From an uncultured Eubacteriales bacterium (lineage in GTDB: Bacteria; Acidobacteriota; Aminicenantia; Aminicenantales; UBA8522), in assembly GCA_964445305.1 (NCBI GenBank), contig CAYUKK010000016.1:1-54409 (forward strand): a DNA stretch of 54,409 nt. The letters are read 5' to 3'. The notes beneath the pieces were generated by a model. The model was not told where the DNA came from, ran no database searches, and was given only the letters and a program-made list of their open reading frames with translations. Each line of letters starts with the position of its first letter. Within the stretch, counting starts at the first letter, position 1. Made by a program: the position numbers and the translations under genes. Positions 24,568 through 34,255 of the stretch are shown here, in pieces.

Positions 24568-25632
24568 ATGCGGAGGACAGGGAATGAGAAAAAAAAAGGA
24601 GCAGGGATTCTGGCCACCCTGGCTGTGTTTTTAGTTCTTGGCTTGGCCCAGGAGAAGAAGAACGGACCAACGAACTTTTACGAGAATAGCCTCCACTTCA
24701 CCAACCGGGGGCTGGAATTCTGGTACGCCAAGGAGCAAGGGGGGTTGGAGAGGATAACGGGCCTTCCTTTTTCCGAGCTTCCCTGTGCCGGATGTCACGT
24801 GCGCTCGTGTGATACCTGCCACAAAAAAGAGATGAAGGGTAAGGCTGCCTATTCACTCGAGAGAGCCCGGTCACAGGAGCTTTGCCAGGGTTGCCACAAC
24901 TTTGCTTCGCTCGTCGAGGTCCAGAAAAACCCGACCAGTCCGACGGCCGATGTCCATTTCAGGATGGGACTCCAATGCATGGATTGCCACACGGCGCGCG
25001 AGGTCCACGGCGATGGCATCCCTTATCGTTCGATGCGGGATGCGGGGGCCATGGATGCGCGGTGCGAAAACTGCCATGAGCCGGCACAACTGACCTGCCC
25101 TGGCCTCCACGACCACAAGGGAAAGCTCGACTGCCAAGGCTGCCATGTCCGGGACGTTCCCTCCTGCTACAACTGCCATTTTGAAACCCGGGTTAAGGAA
25201 GGAAAGAGTCGTTCCCTGCCCATCAAGAACTTGCTTTTCCTCGTTAACTTCGATGGCCGAGTGACTTTTGGCAACCTCCATACGTTTGTCTACCAGGGAA
25301 AAACCATGATCACTTTCGCTCCTTCCTTTCCCCACCTGATCATGAAGAAAGGCCGAACCTGCGGCGAATGCCACGCGACCTCGATCCTTCAAGATTTGAA
25401 GGCGGGCCGGCTCAAGCTGATTCGCTTCGAGAACGGCGAGCTTCAAAATATCCAGGGGATTGTTCCCGTCGTCGAGGGGCAAAACTGGGGATTCATCTTC
25501 CTGGATTTTAAGGAGGGACGCTGGGTACCGCTCGAAAACGCTGCTGAACCCCTCGTCAACTATGCCGGGTTCTGCTCGCCCCTCACGCCGGAGCAGCTCG
25601 CCAAGCTGGAGAAAATGCCCGAGCAGAAATAG
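24568..25632 (+). CDS. Exported octaheme cytochrome c
   Basis: Eight CxxCH motifs (CAGCH, CDTCH, CQGCH, CMDCH, CENCH, CQGCH, CYNCH, CGECH) after a signal-like hydrophobic stretch. The start is uncertain (see findings). Confidence 0.88.
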   Translation: MRRTGNEKKKGAGILATLAVFLVLGLAQEKKNGPTNFYENSLHFTNRGLEFWYAKEQGGLERITGLPFSELPCAGCHVRSCDTCHKKEMKGKAAYSLERARSQELCQGCHNFASLVEVQKNPTSPTADVHFRMGLQCMDCHTAREVHGDGIPYRSMRDAGAMDARCENCHEPAQLTCPGLHDHKGKLDCQGCHVRDVPSCYNCHFETRVKEGKSRSLPIKNLLFLVNFDGRVTFGNLHTFVYQGKTMITFAPSFPHLIMKKGRTCGECHATSILQDLKAGRLKLIRFENGELQNIQGIVPVVEGQNWGFIFLDFKEGRWVPLENAAEPLVNYAGFCSPLTPEQLAKLEKMPEQK

Positions 25633-25740
25633 GTCATTAGACCGCCCTGTTCTTAGGCTATCCATGCGCCTCTGAACTCGCGGCAGAGAACAAAACCTTC
25701 CTTATGAGAAAAATCCCTTTCCACCTTCGTTCATGGGGGT

Positions 25741-27153
25741 GTGGGGATAAACGCTGGTTTTTTTTCTTCTTTTCTGGTGAGGCTTCTCGAGGCCCTTGGT
25801 CAAGAGATTCGCTCGGAGCGAGTTGATTTGGCCGTCCTTGGCGAAGGAGAAGGAGAGGAGTTTTCTTTCCAGAGCTCTTGGCCCCAGCCGAATAACCCTG
25901 TTCCGGAGCGTGTCGCGGAGATCATCAGGCAATCCGCCGAGGAGAGGAGAGCCATCTTGATCCCGCGAGAGGAAAGGTGGATGCAAAGCTCTCTTCGTTC
26001 TTTTGGGTCTCTGGATGGAGATAGTTACCTCTGTCTTCCCCTGTCCGTCGCGGAGAGCGTCCACGGGGCTGTATGCCTATCCCGGAATCTTCCGGCGCGG
26101 CCTTATTCCTCTGTTGACCTCGAGATACTCACTATCCTTTCCCGGCCGCTTCTCTCTTTGCTGCGTGATTTCTGGGGAAAGACAAAAAAACAGGCGTCCG
26201 CGCCATGCGAGCCCACCCTCGAACCCATTATTGGCTCCAGCCGGAGTTCCCAGCAGATCCGGATGCTCATTGACCGGGTTAAAGATGCCGAAGCGCCCGT
26301 ATTTATTTATGGGGAAAGCGGAACGGGAAAAGAGCTCATCGCTCGTTCGATCCATGAGCGGGGAGCGAGGCGGCACAAACCCTTCGTCGCTGTCAATTGT
26401 GGGGCCATTCCTGATCACCTTCTGGAGAGCGAGCTTTTTGGTCACACCAAGGGGTCTTTTACCGGTGCCCTCCGGGATAAAGCGGGTCTTATCGAGGAAG
26501 CCAACGGCGGCACTTTTTTCCTTGACGAGGTCGGCGATTTGTCCCTCCCCCTCCAGGCCAAGTTGCTCCGCCTTCTCCAAGAAAGGGAAATCCGGCGAGT
26601 TGGCGAGAACCGGACAAGGAGGGTCGATGTCCGGTTCATCAGCGCCACCAACAAGAATATCGAGGCGGAGGTTGAGCGGGGAAATTTTCGGGTTGACCTC
26701 TACTTCCGGCTGCGCATCCTGACCATCGAAGTGCCCCCGCTTCGGGAAAGGAAGAGCGACCTTTTCCTCCTCATCGATTATTTTATCGATCGATACGCCA
26801 GGCAAATGAAAAAAGAAAAAGTCTACCTTTCCCCGCGGGCTTTGGAACTCATGATGGAGTATTCCTGGCCGGGCAATGTCCGCGAGCTTCAGAACGAAAT
26901 CCAGCGATGCTTGGTCCTGTGCGGTGACGGCGGTTTGATCAAGGAGGAGCATCTCTCACCGAAGATTAACCCCGGGAAGGAGGTTGAGCCTTCAGCTTCG
27001 TTCGATTATCACGAGGCCAAAGCCGAGTTCGAGAAGCGCTTCCTCAACCTGGCCCTTCGTCGCTTCGGATACAGCAAGACGAGAACCGCGCAGGGAATCG
27101 GCGTGACGAGGCAGGGCCTTTTTAAACTCCTCAGGAAGCACGGCTTGGGATAA
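25741..27153 (+). CDS. sigma54-dependent transcriptional activator (GAF-like, AAA+, Fis HTH)
   Basis: GESGTGKE, ESELFGHTKGSFTGA, FFLDEVG, WPGNVREL and a C-terminal HTH. Confidence 0.92.
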   Translation: MGINAGFFSSFLVRLLEALGQEIRSERVDLAVLGEGEGEEFSFQSSWPQPNNPVPERVAEIIRQSAEERRAILIPREERWMQSSLRSFGSLDGDSYLCLPLSVAESVHGAVCLSRNLPARPYSSVDLEILTILSRPLLSLLRDFWGKTKKQASAPCEPTLEPIIGSSRSSQQIRMLIDRVKDAEAPVFIYGESGTGKELIARSIHERGARRHKPFVAVNCGAIPDHLLESELFGHTKGSFTGALRDKAGLIEEANGGTFFLDEVGDLSLPLQAKLLRLLQEREIRRVGENRTRRVDVRFISATNKNIEAEVERGNFRVDLYFRLRILTIEVPPLRERKSDLFLLIDYFIDRYARQMKKEKVYLSPRALELMMEYSWPGNVRELQNEIQRCLVLCGDGGLIKEEHLSPKINPGKEVEPSASFDYHEAKAEFEKRFLNLALRRFGYSKTRTAQGIGVTRQGLFKLLRKHGLG

Positions 27154-27253
27154 AGTCACGGCTCAACATCCGGTGCCTTAACGGAGCCTCGTGGACTTAG
27201 GTGCGAGGGGAGGTCGGAGCTTCCTTCGGCAGTGATTTTCTGATAGATTAGAA

Positions 27254-27541
27254 ATGACCATGGTTGAGCCAAAGCCAAAATCCGGCGTCTTCCAGATTGC
27301 TTGCCCCTGCTGCCAATCAATCCTCTGGGTGGATGGAGTTTCCCAGGAAGTCGTCAAGACGGAAAAGCACGCCGCCCGGAAAAAGGGCAGCCTGGATGAC
27401 CTCCTGGCCAAAGAGAAGAAGAGGCAGGAAGAATTCGAACGCAAGTTTGAGGCCACGGCCGAGCTCGAGCGCCAAAAGAAGGAAAAAGCCAGAGAAGCAT
27501 TTGAGAAGGCATTGGGCGAGGCGGAAAAAGAGGAAGAATAG
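27254..27541 (+). CDS. Small hypothetical protein (CPCC zinc-ribbon-like start, charged coiled coil)
   Basis: IACPCCQSILWVD followed by a Glu/Lys-rich helix. Confidence 0.7.
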   Translation: MTMVEPKPKSGVFQIACPCCQSILWVDGVSQEVVKTEKHAARKKGSLDDLLAKEKKRQEEFERKFEATAELERQKKEKAREAFEKALGEAEKEEE

Positions 27542-27608
27542 ACGGCCACGCCATCCCAGGGGCACACGCGGCGTTGAAGTCCTAAAACCCAGCCTCCAGC
27601 CCCTGCGC

Positions 27609-29027
27609 TCAGCTTCCTATCTGGGTCTCATCATCCCGGACCTTTGGGGCCATGGTGAAGCCTGTCAGGCCAAAAATAATGAGGATGATGACCGCCGTAT
27701 AATTCATGATGGCCCAGGGCAGGTAGGAGAAGGTCGGCACACCGATCGTGCCGGTGATGTAGACGCCGGCCATGCTCCAGGGGATGAGGGGGACGATGAT
27801 GGCGCCGCTTTCCTCGATAATCCGGGAGAGATTCTTGGCGGCGAGCTGTTTTTTCTTATAGACAGGCGCCAAGAGTTCACCCGGGATGATCATCGACAGA
27901 TAGGAGCTTCCCGTGACCATGGCCGTGACGATGGCCGAGACAACAGTCGTCACGACGATGCTCCAGACCTTGTTAGCAAAAGTCATGACCCTGTCCAGAA
28001 TCACAGCCAGCATGCCGGTCCGCTGCATGATGCCGCCGAAGCTGAAGGCGGTGAAGGCGACGAGCTGGGTTTCCATCATGCTCATCATCCCGCCCTTGGA
28101 AATCAGCCTGTCGACCGCTTCAACGCCGGTCTGAGATTGAAAGCCCGTGTTCATGGCCGTGGCCACAGCCGTCACCGAAGCCTTCTGAAAAATGATGGCC
28201 AGCGCTCCGGCGGCGAGAGAAGAGAGGAGCATCCCCGGAATGGTCGGCTTCTTGGTGAAGGCGAAATAGAAGACGATGACCATGGGCAGGAGAAGGAGCA
28301 CGTGGAAGCGGAAATTCTCCCGGAGAGTTTTCAGAATAAGGATGACCGTTTCGGATTCGACGGCCTCGCTCTTGTAGCGCAGCCCGATGAAGAAATAGAT
28401 GATGAGGCCGATGAGCCAGGCAGGGACAGCCGACCAGAGCATGTGTTTGATGTGGTCGAAGAGGTTGGAGCCGGCGGCCACTGGAGCCAGGTTGGTGACA
28501 TCAGAAAAGGGAGACATCTTGTCCCCGAAGTAGGCCCCGGCCACGACGGCGCCGGCAGCCGGACCGAGGGGAATCCCCAGGCCCATGGCGATACCCATGA
28601 AGGCAACGCCGAGAGTCCCGATGGTCCCCCAGCTCGTTCCCGTCGCCAGAGAGGTGATGCTGCAAACGAGGCAGGCGGTGAAGAGGAAATACTGAGGCGA
28701 GATGAGCTTCAGGCCATAGAAGATGATCATCGGGATGGTGCCGCAGGCAATCCAGGAACCGATGAGGATGCCCACGCAGAGCATGATGAGGATGGCCGGC
28801 ATGGCTTTGTGGATGCTGTCGACGACACCGCGTTCCATGTCCCGCCAGGAGAAGCGAAGGAAATAGCCCAACAAGCCAGTAAGGAAGGCAGCGGCGATGA
28901 GAAGGACCTGGGGCCGGATCCGGTAAATCCCGTAGCCGACGCCGAGCAGGATGGCCATGGCCAGAAGGGGAATCAGGGCGACGCCAAATCTCGGCTTTTT
29001 TGGAGGACGGGCGCTTTCTTCACTCAT
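27609..29027 (-). CDS. nhaC: NhaC-family Na+/H+ antiporter or amino-acid transporter
   Basis: GTIPMIIFYGL, TGTSWGTIGTLG, GAYFGDKMSPFSD.TNLA, PLIPW. Confidence 0.88.
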   Translation of the reverse strand: MSEESARPPKKPRFGVALIPLLAMAILLGVGYGIYRIRPQVLLIAAAFLTGLLGYFLRFSWRDMERGVVDSIHKAMPAILIMLCVGILIGSWIACGTIPMIIFYGLKLISPQYFLFTACLVCSITSLATGTSWGTIGTLGVAFMGIAMGLGIPLGPAAGAVVAGAYFGDKMSPFSDVTNLAPVAAGSNLFDHIKHMLWSAVPAWLIGLIIYFFIGLRYKSEAVESETVILILKTLRENFRFHVLLLLPMVIVFYFAFTKKPTIPGMLLSSLAAGALAIIFQKASVTAVATAMNTGFQSQTGVEAVDRLISKGGMMSMMETQLVAFTAFSFGGIMQRTGMLAVILDRVMTFANKVWSIVVTTVVSAIVTAMVTGSSYLSMIIPGELLAPVYKKKQLAAKNLSRIIEESGAIIVPLIPWSMAGVYITGTIGVPTFSYLPWAIMNYTAVIILIIFGLTGFTMAPKVRDDETQIGS

Positions 29028-29036
29028 GGGGTCTCC

Positions 29037-30218
29037 TCAGCTGTCTCGATGAAACGTGCGCTGGGCCAGGAGTCTTGTGCCGGCCATCATCCTCCGTCCC
29101 CGCGAAAAGACATCCGTCAGCTCGAGGTTCTCATCGATGAGGAGAATGTCGGCGTCGTTTCCGATGCGGATCTCGCCTTTATGGAGAAGCTTGTAAGCAT
29201 GGGCAGCGTTGGTCGAGAAGAGCCGGGCGCACTCTTCGAAACCAATGACCTTTTGCTCAATGAGCGAGCGGAATTTCTGGAGCAAATCCCTCTCCGTGGC
29301 GATAGTCAGGCCGATGAGGTGGCCAGCCCTGTCAAAGACGGGCAGACTTCCATTGCTGTCCGAACTGATCGTGATTTGGGTCAAAGGAATCTTTTGCTCC
29401 AGACAAAGGCGGATGGCGTCCTCCACCGTGAGGGCGGTCGTCGCCTCGCCCTCTGGTTTTTCCCCCGCTGTGAGGTCGATCATCCCCCCGGCACGGACAA
29501 AGGCCAGCCCTTCTTCCATCAATTCCCTTTTCCGATTGACGTGGGTGGGGATGATTTGAGAAGGAGGAATTTCTGTCTCCCGGAGGAGTCGAAAAAGAAG
29601 CTCGAGGTGGCGTGGCCCCTCGCCGAGGTGGAGATGAAGGATGCCCGCTTTTCCAGAGAGCATCCCGCCGACCCGGCATTCCGCAGCCAGACGAGCAATC
29701 TCTTCCCAGGTCGGCTGGGAGGAGCGGTGGTCGGAGATGGCGATTTCACCCGCGCCGATAACCTTATCGATGAGGACGATGTCGCGGAGGATGCTCCCGG
29801 TGAGGGTCGGCGGGGGAACCCCGTAGGCGCCAGAAAAAATGTAAGTGGTTACGCCTTCGGCTTCCAGGCCGCGGGCTTTAGCCAGGAGGGATTCGAGATG
29901 GCGGGTGACCGAATCCGTGCCCAGACACCCGATGACGGTGGTGACGCCGCTGGAGATGATTTCTTCGATGGAAATCTCCGGCGCTCGGGTAGCCGGACCT
30001 CCCTCTCCACCGCCGCCGAGGATGTGGACATGCGGGTCGACAAACCCGGGAAGGACAATCTTTCCCGCCGCCTCAACGATGTCCAGAGCCAGTCCTTCGA
30101 TGCGAACCCGGCCCGGCTCGGCGATGTCGATGATCGTCGACCCGGCTACCAGAATATCCTTTATTCCCAAGTCCTCGGGCGCATAGAGATGGCCATTTTT
30201 GATCAGGGTAACCATCAT
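29037..30218 (-). CDS. iadA: Isoaspartyl dipeptidase (beta-aspartyl peptidase)
   Basis: PGFVDPHVHILGGGGEGG, GCLGTD, EIAISDHRSSQP, PTHVNR, SSDSNGSLP. Confidence 0.93.
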   Translation of the reverse strand: MMVTLIKNGHLYAPEDLGIKDILVAGSTIIDIAEPGRVRIEGLALDIVEAAGKIVLPGFVDPHVHILGGGGEGGPATRAPEISIEEIISSGVTTVIGCLGTDSVTRHLESLLAKARGLEAEGVTTYIFSGAYGVPPPTLTGSILRDIVLIDKVIGAGEIAISDHRSSQPTWEEIARLAAECRVGGMLSGKAGILHLHLGEGPRHLELLFRLLRETEIPPSQIIPTHVNRKRELMEEGLAFVRAGGMIDLTAGEKPEGEATTALTVEDAIRLCLEQKIPLTQITISSDSNGSLPVFDRAGHLIGLTIATERDLLQKFRSLIEQKVIGFEECARLFSTNAAHAYKLLHKGEIRIGNDADILLIDENLELTDVFSRGRRMMAGTRLLAQRTFHRDS

Positions 30219-30382
30219 TGCCTCCTCGGCCGGCTCAGTTCGTCTGAACCTTCGTCCATCCGCGCTAAATTATCATGATGGGTCGCGAATTACAAGCCGG
30301 CCTGAGATTCCCGAATATTCAGGGAAAGGCCAGCTCGTTTTGGCCTTTTTCTCTTGGTTTGTTAGAATAATAAGGAAATACA

Positions 30383-31141
30383 ATGGCGACCTTCGAAGAA
30401 GAACTCCGGCGCTTCCAGCCGCTCATCCGGAAGCTGACGTTTCTTGCTCTGCTCGGAAAAAAAGTTGAAGTCAGACGACCGGAGAATTTCGTCACCGAAG
30501 GCCCCAACATTATCGTCGGGAATCACAGCGGCAGCTACAAGGACGTCGCTATCATCCTGAAGTGCGCTCCCCGGCCTGTTTTTTTTACGGCTAACAAGAT
30601 GATCTTCACCAAGGAAGAGTTCGACTTCCTCATCCGCAAACACCTGAGGCGGCATCTCAAGGATTTTGGCCTCGTCGTCAACTCGGCCCTTAAGCCGCTG
30701 AAATATCTTTTCGTGCGCTATTTCTCCGCCAACATCGCCAAGGTCGGCACGATCCCAGTGGACCTGTACTCGAGCAAGCGGGAAGCGCTCCACAGGTGTC
30801 TTGAATATCTTGAGAAGGGGCGGGCGATCATCGCTCTCCAGGGAAGAGGCCGGGTCCATCCGCGGGCGCCCCATCCCTATGTTAGCCCTTTTCGGAGAGG
30901 CGTATCCATCCTCGCTTATCTTCTTTACCAGGAGCATGGGGTGGCTGTTCCCGTAACGCCCATCGCCCTGTTTGGGACTCACATTCCGTTTTTGGTTCCA
31001 GGAAAAATCCGTGTCCACGTTGGCGAGCCGATGCGGATTACCGGCTACCTGGGGGGTGGGTTTGAGAAAACGGTCGAACGCTTCCGCAACGCCCTCGAAA
31101 TGAGGGTGAAAAGCCTTTTTCTCGACCTTCTTCGTTCCTGA
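30383..31141 (+). CDS. Lysophospholipid acyltransferase (PlsC-like)
   Basis: IIVGNHSGSYKD (NH...D motif), VPVTPIALFGT, IRVHVGEP. Confidence 0.75.
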   Translation: MATFEEELRRFQPLIRKLTFLALLGKKVEVRRPENFVTEGPNIIVGNHSGSYKDVAIILKCAPRPVFFTANKMIFTKEEFDFLIRKHLRRHLKDFGLVVNSALKPLKYLFVRYFSANIAKVGTIPVDLYSSKREALHRCLEYLEKGRAIIALQGRGRVHPRAPHPYVSPFRRGVSILAYLLYQEHGVAVPVTPIALFGTHIPFLVPGKIRVHVGEPMRITGYLGGGFEKTVERFRNALEMRVKSLFLDLLRS

Positions 31142-31169
31142 GAGAAAAGGGCTGGAATCTTTCGACCGG

Positions 31170-33095
31170 CTATTCCCTCTCCTCGAAGCGAGAGAGGATA
31201 TCCGCGTTGATCTGGAGGAAGAGGCTGGTGTTGATCTTGACTCCCTTCTCTTCCCGCAGTCGGCTCAGGTAAGCCTGGAGGAACTTGTTCTTCTTCGTCT
31301 CGAGCAAGTTCGATCGCTCGGTGTCCAGCTCTTTTTCGAATTCTTCGCGGCTCGCTTCTTTTCTTTCCAGGACGCGGAGGAGGGCGTAGCCGCTCGAGTA
31401 CTCGATGGGTTCGCTAACCTGGTTGAGGGGAAGCGAAAAGGCCAAACGGTCGACCTCGGGGTTTTCACCGAGGACGGCCACGTACTGCTCGCGCCGGTGT
31501 TCATTGACTGATTTGTGCTCGACTCCAAGCTTGGAAGCCATGTCGTCCCAGTCCTTGCCCTCGACCTGAGCTCGGATCTTCTTGATTCGCTCCAGGGCCA
31601 GGTCCTTTTTCCGCCTGTTCCGGAGTTCCTTTTCCACCTCTTCGCGCACTTCCTCGAAAGTAGCTGGCCTTTTAGGCTCGATTTTTTCTAATTGGACAAT
31701 TCCGACTCCGTTGAACATGGAGAGGGGGGATGAAATTTCTTTTTCCTTGAGGCGAAACAGGGCTTGACTGATCGTTCCCGAGGGGTCGATTTCGCCCAGG
31801 GCTTGACCGGCTTCGAGAAGGCCTGTGGTCTTGACTTTAAGCCCGGCCTTCTGGGCGGCCACGTCCAGGGTGTTTTCTCGCCGGGCGCTTTTTTCCAGGG
31901 CGGCAGCTCTCTCTTCGGCCAACTTCCGGGCTTTCTCGTCCTCGAGGATGGTTCGGATTCGCGAGCTGACTTGCTCCAGGGGCTGAGTTTTTTCGGGCTC
32001 CTTTTCGGTGACCTTGAGGATGGACACACCTTCTTCTGTCTCGATCACACCCGAGACCTCGCCGGCGGCCAATTTTTTGACCTCCTCGCTTTCCTGAGCC
32101 GGGAGCTTGCGCCATTCATAATAACCCCAGTCTCCTCCGGCGCTGGCTTTCTCGTCGCGGGAGGAAGCGCGGGCAACCTGGCCAAAATCCTCGCCGCGGG
32201 TGACTCGCTCTCGAAGGCGCCCGGCTTCCCCGCGGACTGTGGATTTCTCCCCGTCGCCAAAGGGAAGATGGATGCGGCTGACCCGGATTTTCTCGGGCTC
32301 TTTAAACTGGTTGAGGTTATCCTGGTAGTATTTCTCGATTTCGGCTTGGCTGACCTGAATTTCTTTTTTCAACTCTTCGGTTTCGAAGAAGATGTAGGTG
32401 CCTTCCCTTTTTTCCGGGACTTTATACTTGTCCTTGTTCTTTTCGAAATAATCCTTGACTTCGCTGGCCGGGACTTCCTCAGGGAGGTCGACTTTGTTTT
32501 CGTCCAGGAGAAGGTACTCGATTTTGGCTGTTTCCTTCTGGTTTCGGTAATGGTTCCACAATTCTTCCGGCGTGACCGTGATGCCGGCCGTGAGCAAATC
32601 GACGGCTTTTTGGAGAAGAATGTCCCGCATCAAGCTCTCCTCGAACTGAGCGACCGACATCCTGTTCCACTCGAGAATTCTCCGGTATTCCTCGTAGCCG
32701 ATGAATTTTCCGTCTCTCTGGAAGAGGCTGACGATTTTCTCCCGAAGTTCCCTGTCCGTGACGCGCAGGCCCATCGCTTCAGCCTGCTGGAGGAGCAAGC
32801 CCTGCTGGATCATCTGCTCGAGAACCTGCTGGGGAATGTTGAGTTGCTGGATGAACGATTTGTTCAAACCCTTGAGTTCCCGCTGCAGACTCTCCAGCCG
32901 CTCGCGGAGAACATTATAGTAATCTTCGGTCGAGATTTTTTGTTTGCCCAGTGTGGCGATTGTCGCCGCCCCTTCTTTTTCGCCCAGCCGTCCTGCTCCG
33001 CCCCAGACAGCGAAAATGGCGATGATGAAAGCGGCAATGACAATCCACAGCGTTGGGGCGAGGGACTTGACGTTTTTTCTCATCGTTTTGAGCAT
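31170..33095 (-). CDS. SurA-N / PpiD-like peptidyl-prolyl isomerase chaperone
   Basis: N-terminal TM anchor, SurA_N region, and a rotamase region (PEKIRVSRIHL, GEDFGQVA, GGDWG). Confidence 0.85.
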   Translation of the reverse strand: MLKTMRKNVKSLAPTLWIVIAAFIIAIFAVWGGAGRLGEKEGAATIATLGKQKISTEDYYNVLRERLESLQRELKGLNKSFIQQLNIPQQVLEQMIQQGLLLQQAEAMGLRVTDRELREKIVSLFQRDGKFIGYEEYRRILEWNRMSVAQFEESLMRDILLQKAVDLLTAGITVTPEELWNHYRNQKETAKIEYLLLDENKVDLPEEVPASEVKDYFEKNKDKYKVPEKREGTYIFFETEELKKEIQVSQAEIEKYYQDNLNQFKEPEKIRVSRIHLPFGDGEKSTVRGEAGRLRERVTRGEDFGQVARASSRDEKASAGGDWGYYEWRKLPAQESEEVKKLAAGEVSGVIETEEGVSILKVTEKEPEKTQPLEQVSSRIRTILEDEKARKLAEERAAALEKSARRENTLDVAAQKAGLKVKTTGLLEAGQALGEIDPSGTISQALFRLKEKEISSPLSMFNGVGIVQLEKIEPKRPATFEEVREEVEKELRNRRKKDLALERIKKIRAQVEGKDWDDMASKLGVEHKSVNEHRREQYVAVLGENPEVDRLAFSLPLNQVSEPIEYSSGYALLRVLERKEASREEFEKELDTERSNLLETKKNKFLQAYLSRLREEKGVKINTSLFLQINADILSRFEERE

Positions 33096-33099
33096 GGCT

Positions 33100-34254
33100 T
33101 CACCTGATGGAGGAGTCCTTCAAGAGATGGCGGGCAATGACCAGCCGCTGGATTTCGGATGTGCCCTCGTAGATGGACAATACCCGAGCATCCCGATAAA
33201 TTCTCTCGATTTGATATTCTTTAGAATAACCATAGCCACCATGGATTTGGAGGGCAAGGTAAGCGACTCGGTTGGCCGCCTCGGAGGAGTAAAGCTTGGC
33301 CATGGCCGCTTCCTTGGCGTAGGGGAGACCTCGGTCGTACGCATCGGCGGCCCGGTAGGTGAGGAGACGGCTGGCCTCGACGAGAGTGGCGATGTCGGCG
33401 ATCATGAACTGGATGGCCTGGAATTCGGCGATGGGATGGCCGAAGGCTTGCCGTTGTTTGGCGTAGCGAACCGCCAGCTCGAGGGCTTGCTGGGAAAGTC
33501 CGACCGCCTGAGCGGCGATGCCGATCCGGCTCCCATCAAGGAGATGAAGGGCGATGGAGGCGCCCTTCCCCTCTTCCCCGAGCAGGTTTTCGACCGGGAC
33601 GCGACAGTCCTCGAGAGCGATCTCGGCGGTCAGGGAAGAGTGGAGGCCCATCTTTTCCTCGATTCTCGCCACCCGGAAACCAGGAAAATTCCTCTCCACG
33701 ATAAAGGCGCTGAGTTTGCGGGGGCCAGCCTCTTTTTCTGTCTGGGCGAAGAGGATCAAAGCTTCGGCTTCGCTTCCGGTCGTCACCCAGGCCTTAACCC
33801 CGTTCAGGATGTAGTGCCTCCCGTTTCGCACGGCTTTGGTCTTCAGGGCCGTTACGTCCGAGCCCGCGCCCGGCTCGGTCAACGAAAAGGCGCCCACGAT
33901 TTCCCCTCGAGCCGCCCGAGGCAGGTACTTGGCTTTCTGCTCGGCTGTCCCGAACTCGAGGATACCCCTCGCGAAAAGGGAAGCATGGACGCTGAGGAGG
34001 AGACAAATTGTCGGCGAAACCCGGCTCAGCTCCTCCAGGGCGAGGATGAAAGAGAGGGAATCGGTCTTGCTCCCGCCGTACTCCGGCGGGATGGTCATGC
34101 CCATCAACCCGAGTTCGCCCATTTTCCGGACAATTTCAGCCGGGAAAAGATGGTTATCTTCAAAGTGGCTGATGACGGGGGCGATTTCATGGGCGGCAAA
34201 ATCCTGGACCATGTCCCGGAGCATGATTTGCTCTTCGCTCAGCGAGAAGTCCAT
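33100..34254 (-). CDS. Acyl-CoA dehydrogenase
   Basis: MDFSLSEEQ, PEYGG, AFSLTEPGAGSD, LNGVKAWVT, LQIHGGYGY, IYEGTSEIQR. Confidence 0.93.
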   Translation of the reverse strand: MDFSLSEEQIMLRDMVQDFAAHEIAPVISHFEDNHLFPAEIVRKMGELGLMGMTIPPEYGGSKTDSLSFILALEELSRVSPTICLLLSVHASLFARGILEFGTAEQKAKYLPRAARGEIVGAFSLTEPGAGSDVTALKTKAVRNGRHYILNGVKAWVTTGSEAEALILFAQTEKEAGPRKLSAFIVERNFPGFRVARIEEKMGLHSSLTAEIALEDCRVPVENLLGEEGKGASIALHLLDGSRIGIAAQAVGLSQQALELAVRYAKQRQAFGHPIAEFQAIQFMIADIATLVEASRLLTYRAADAYDRGLPYAKEAAMAKLYSSEAANRVAYLALQIHGGYGYSKEYQIERIYRDARVLSIYEGTSEIQRLVIARHLLKDSSIR

Positions 34255-34255
34255 C

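Noticed and set aside
27264-30278. 1004-aa plus-strand ORF
   Set aside because: It is the antisense shadow of nhaC and iadA and has no recognisable motifs. Long antisense frames are common in GC-rich coding DNA.
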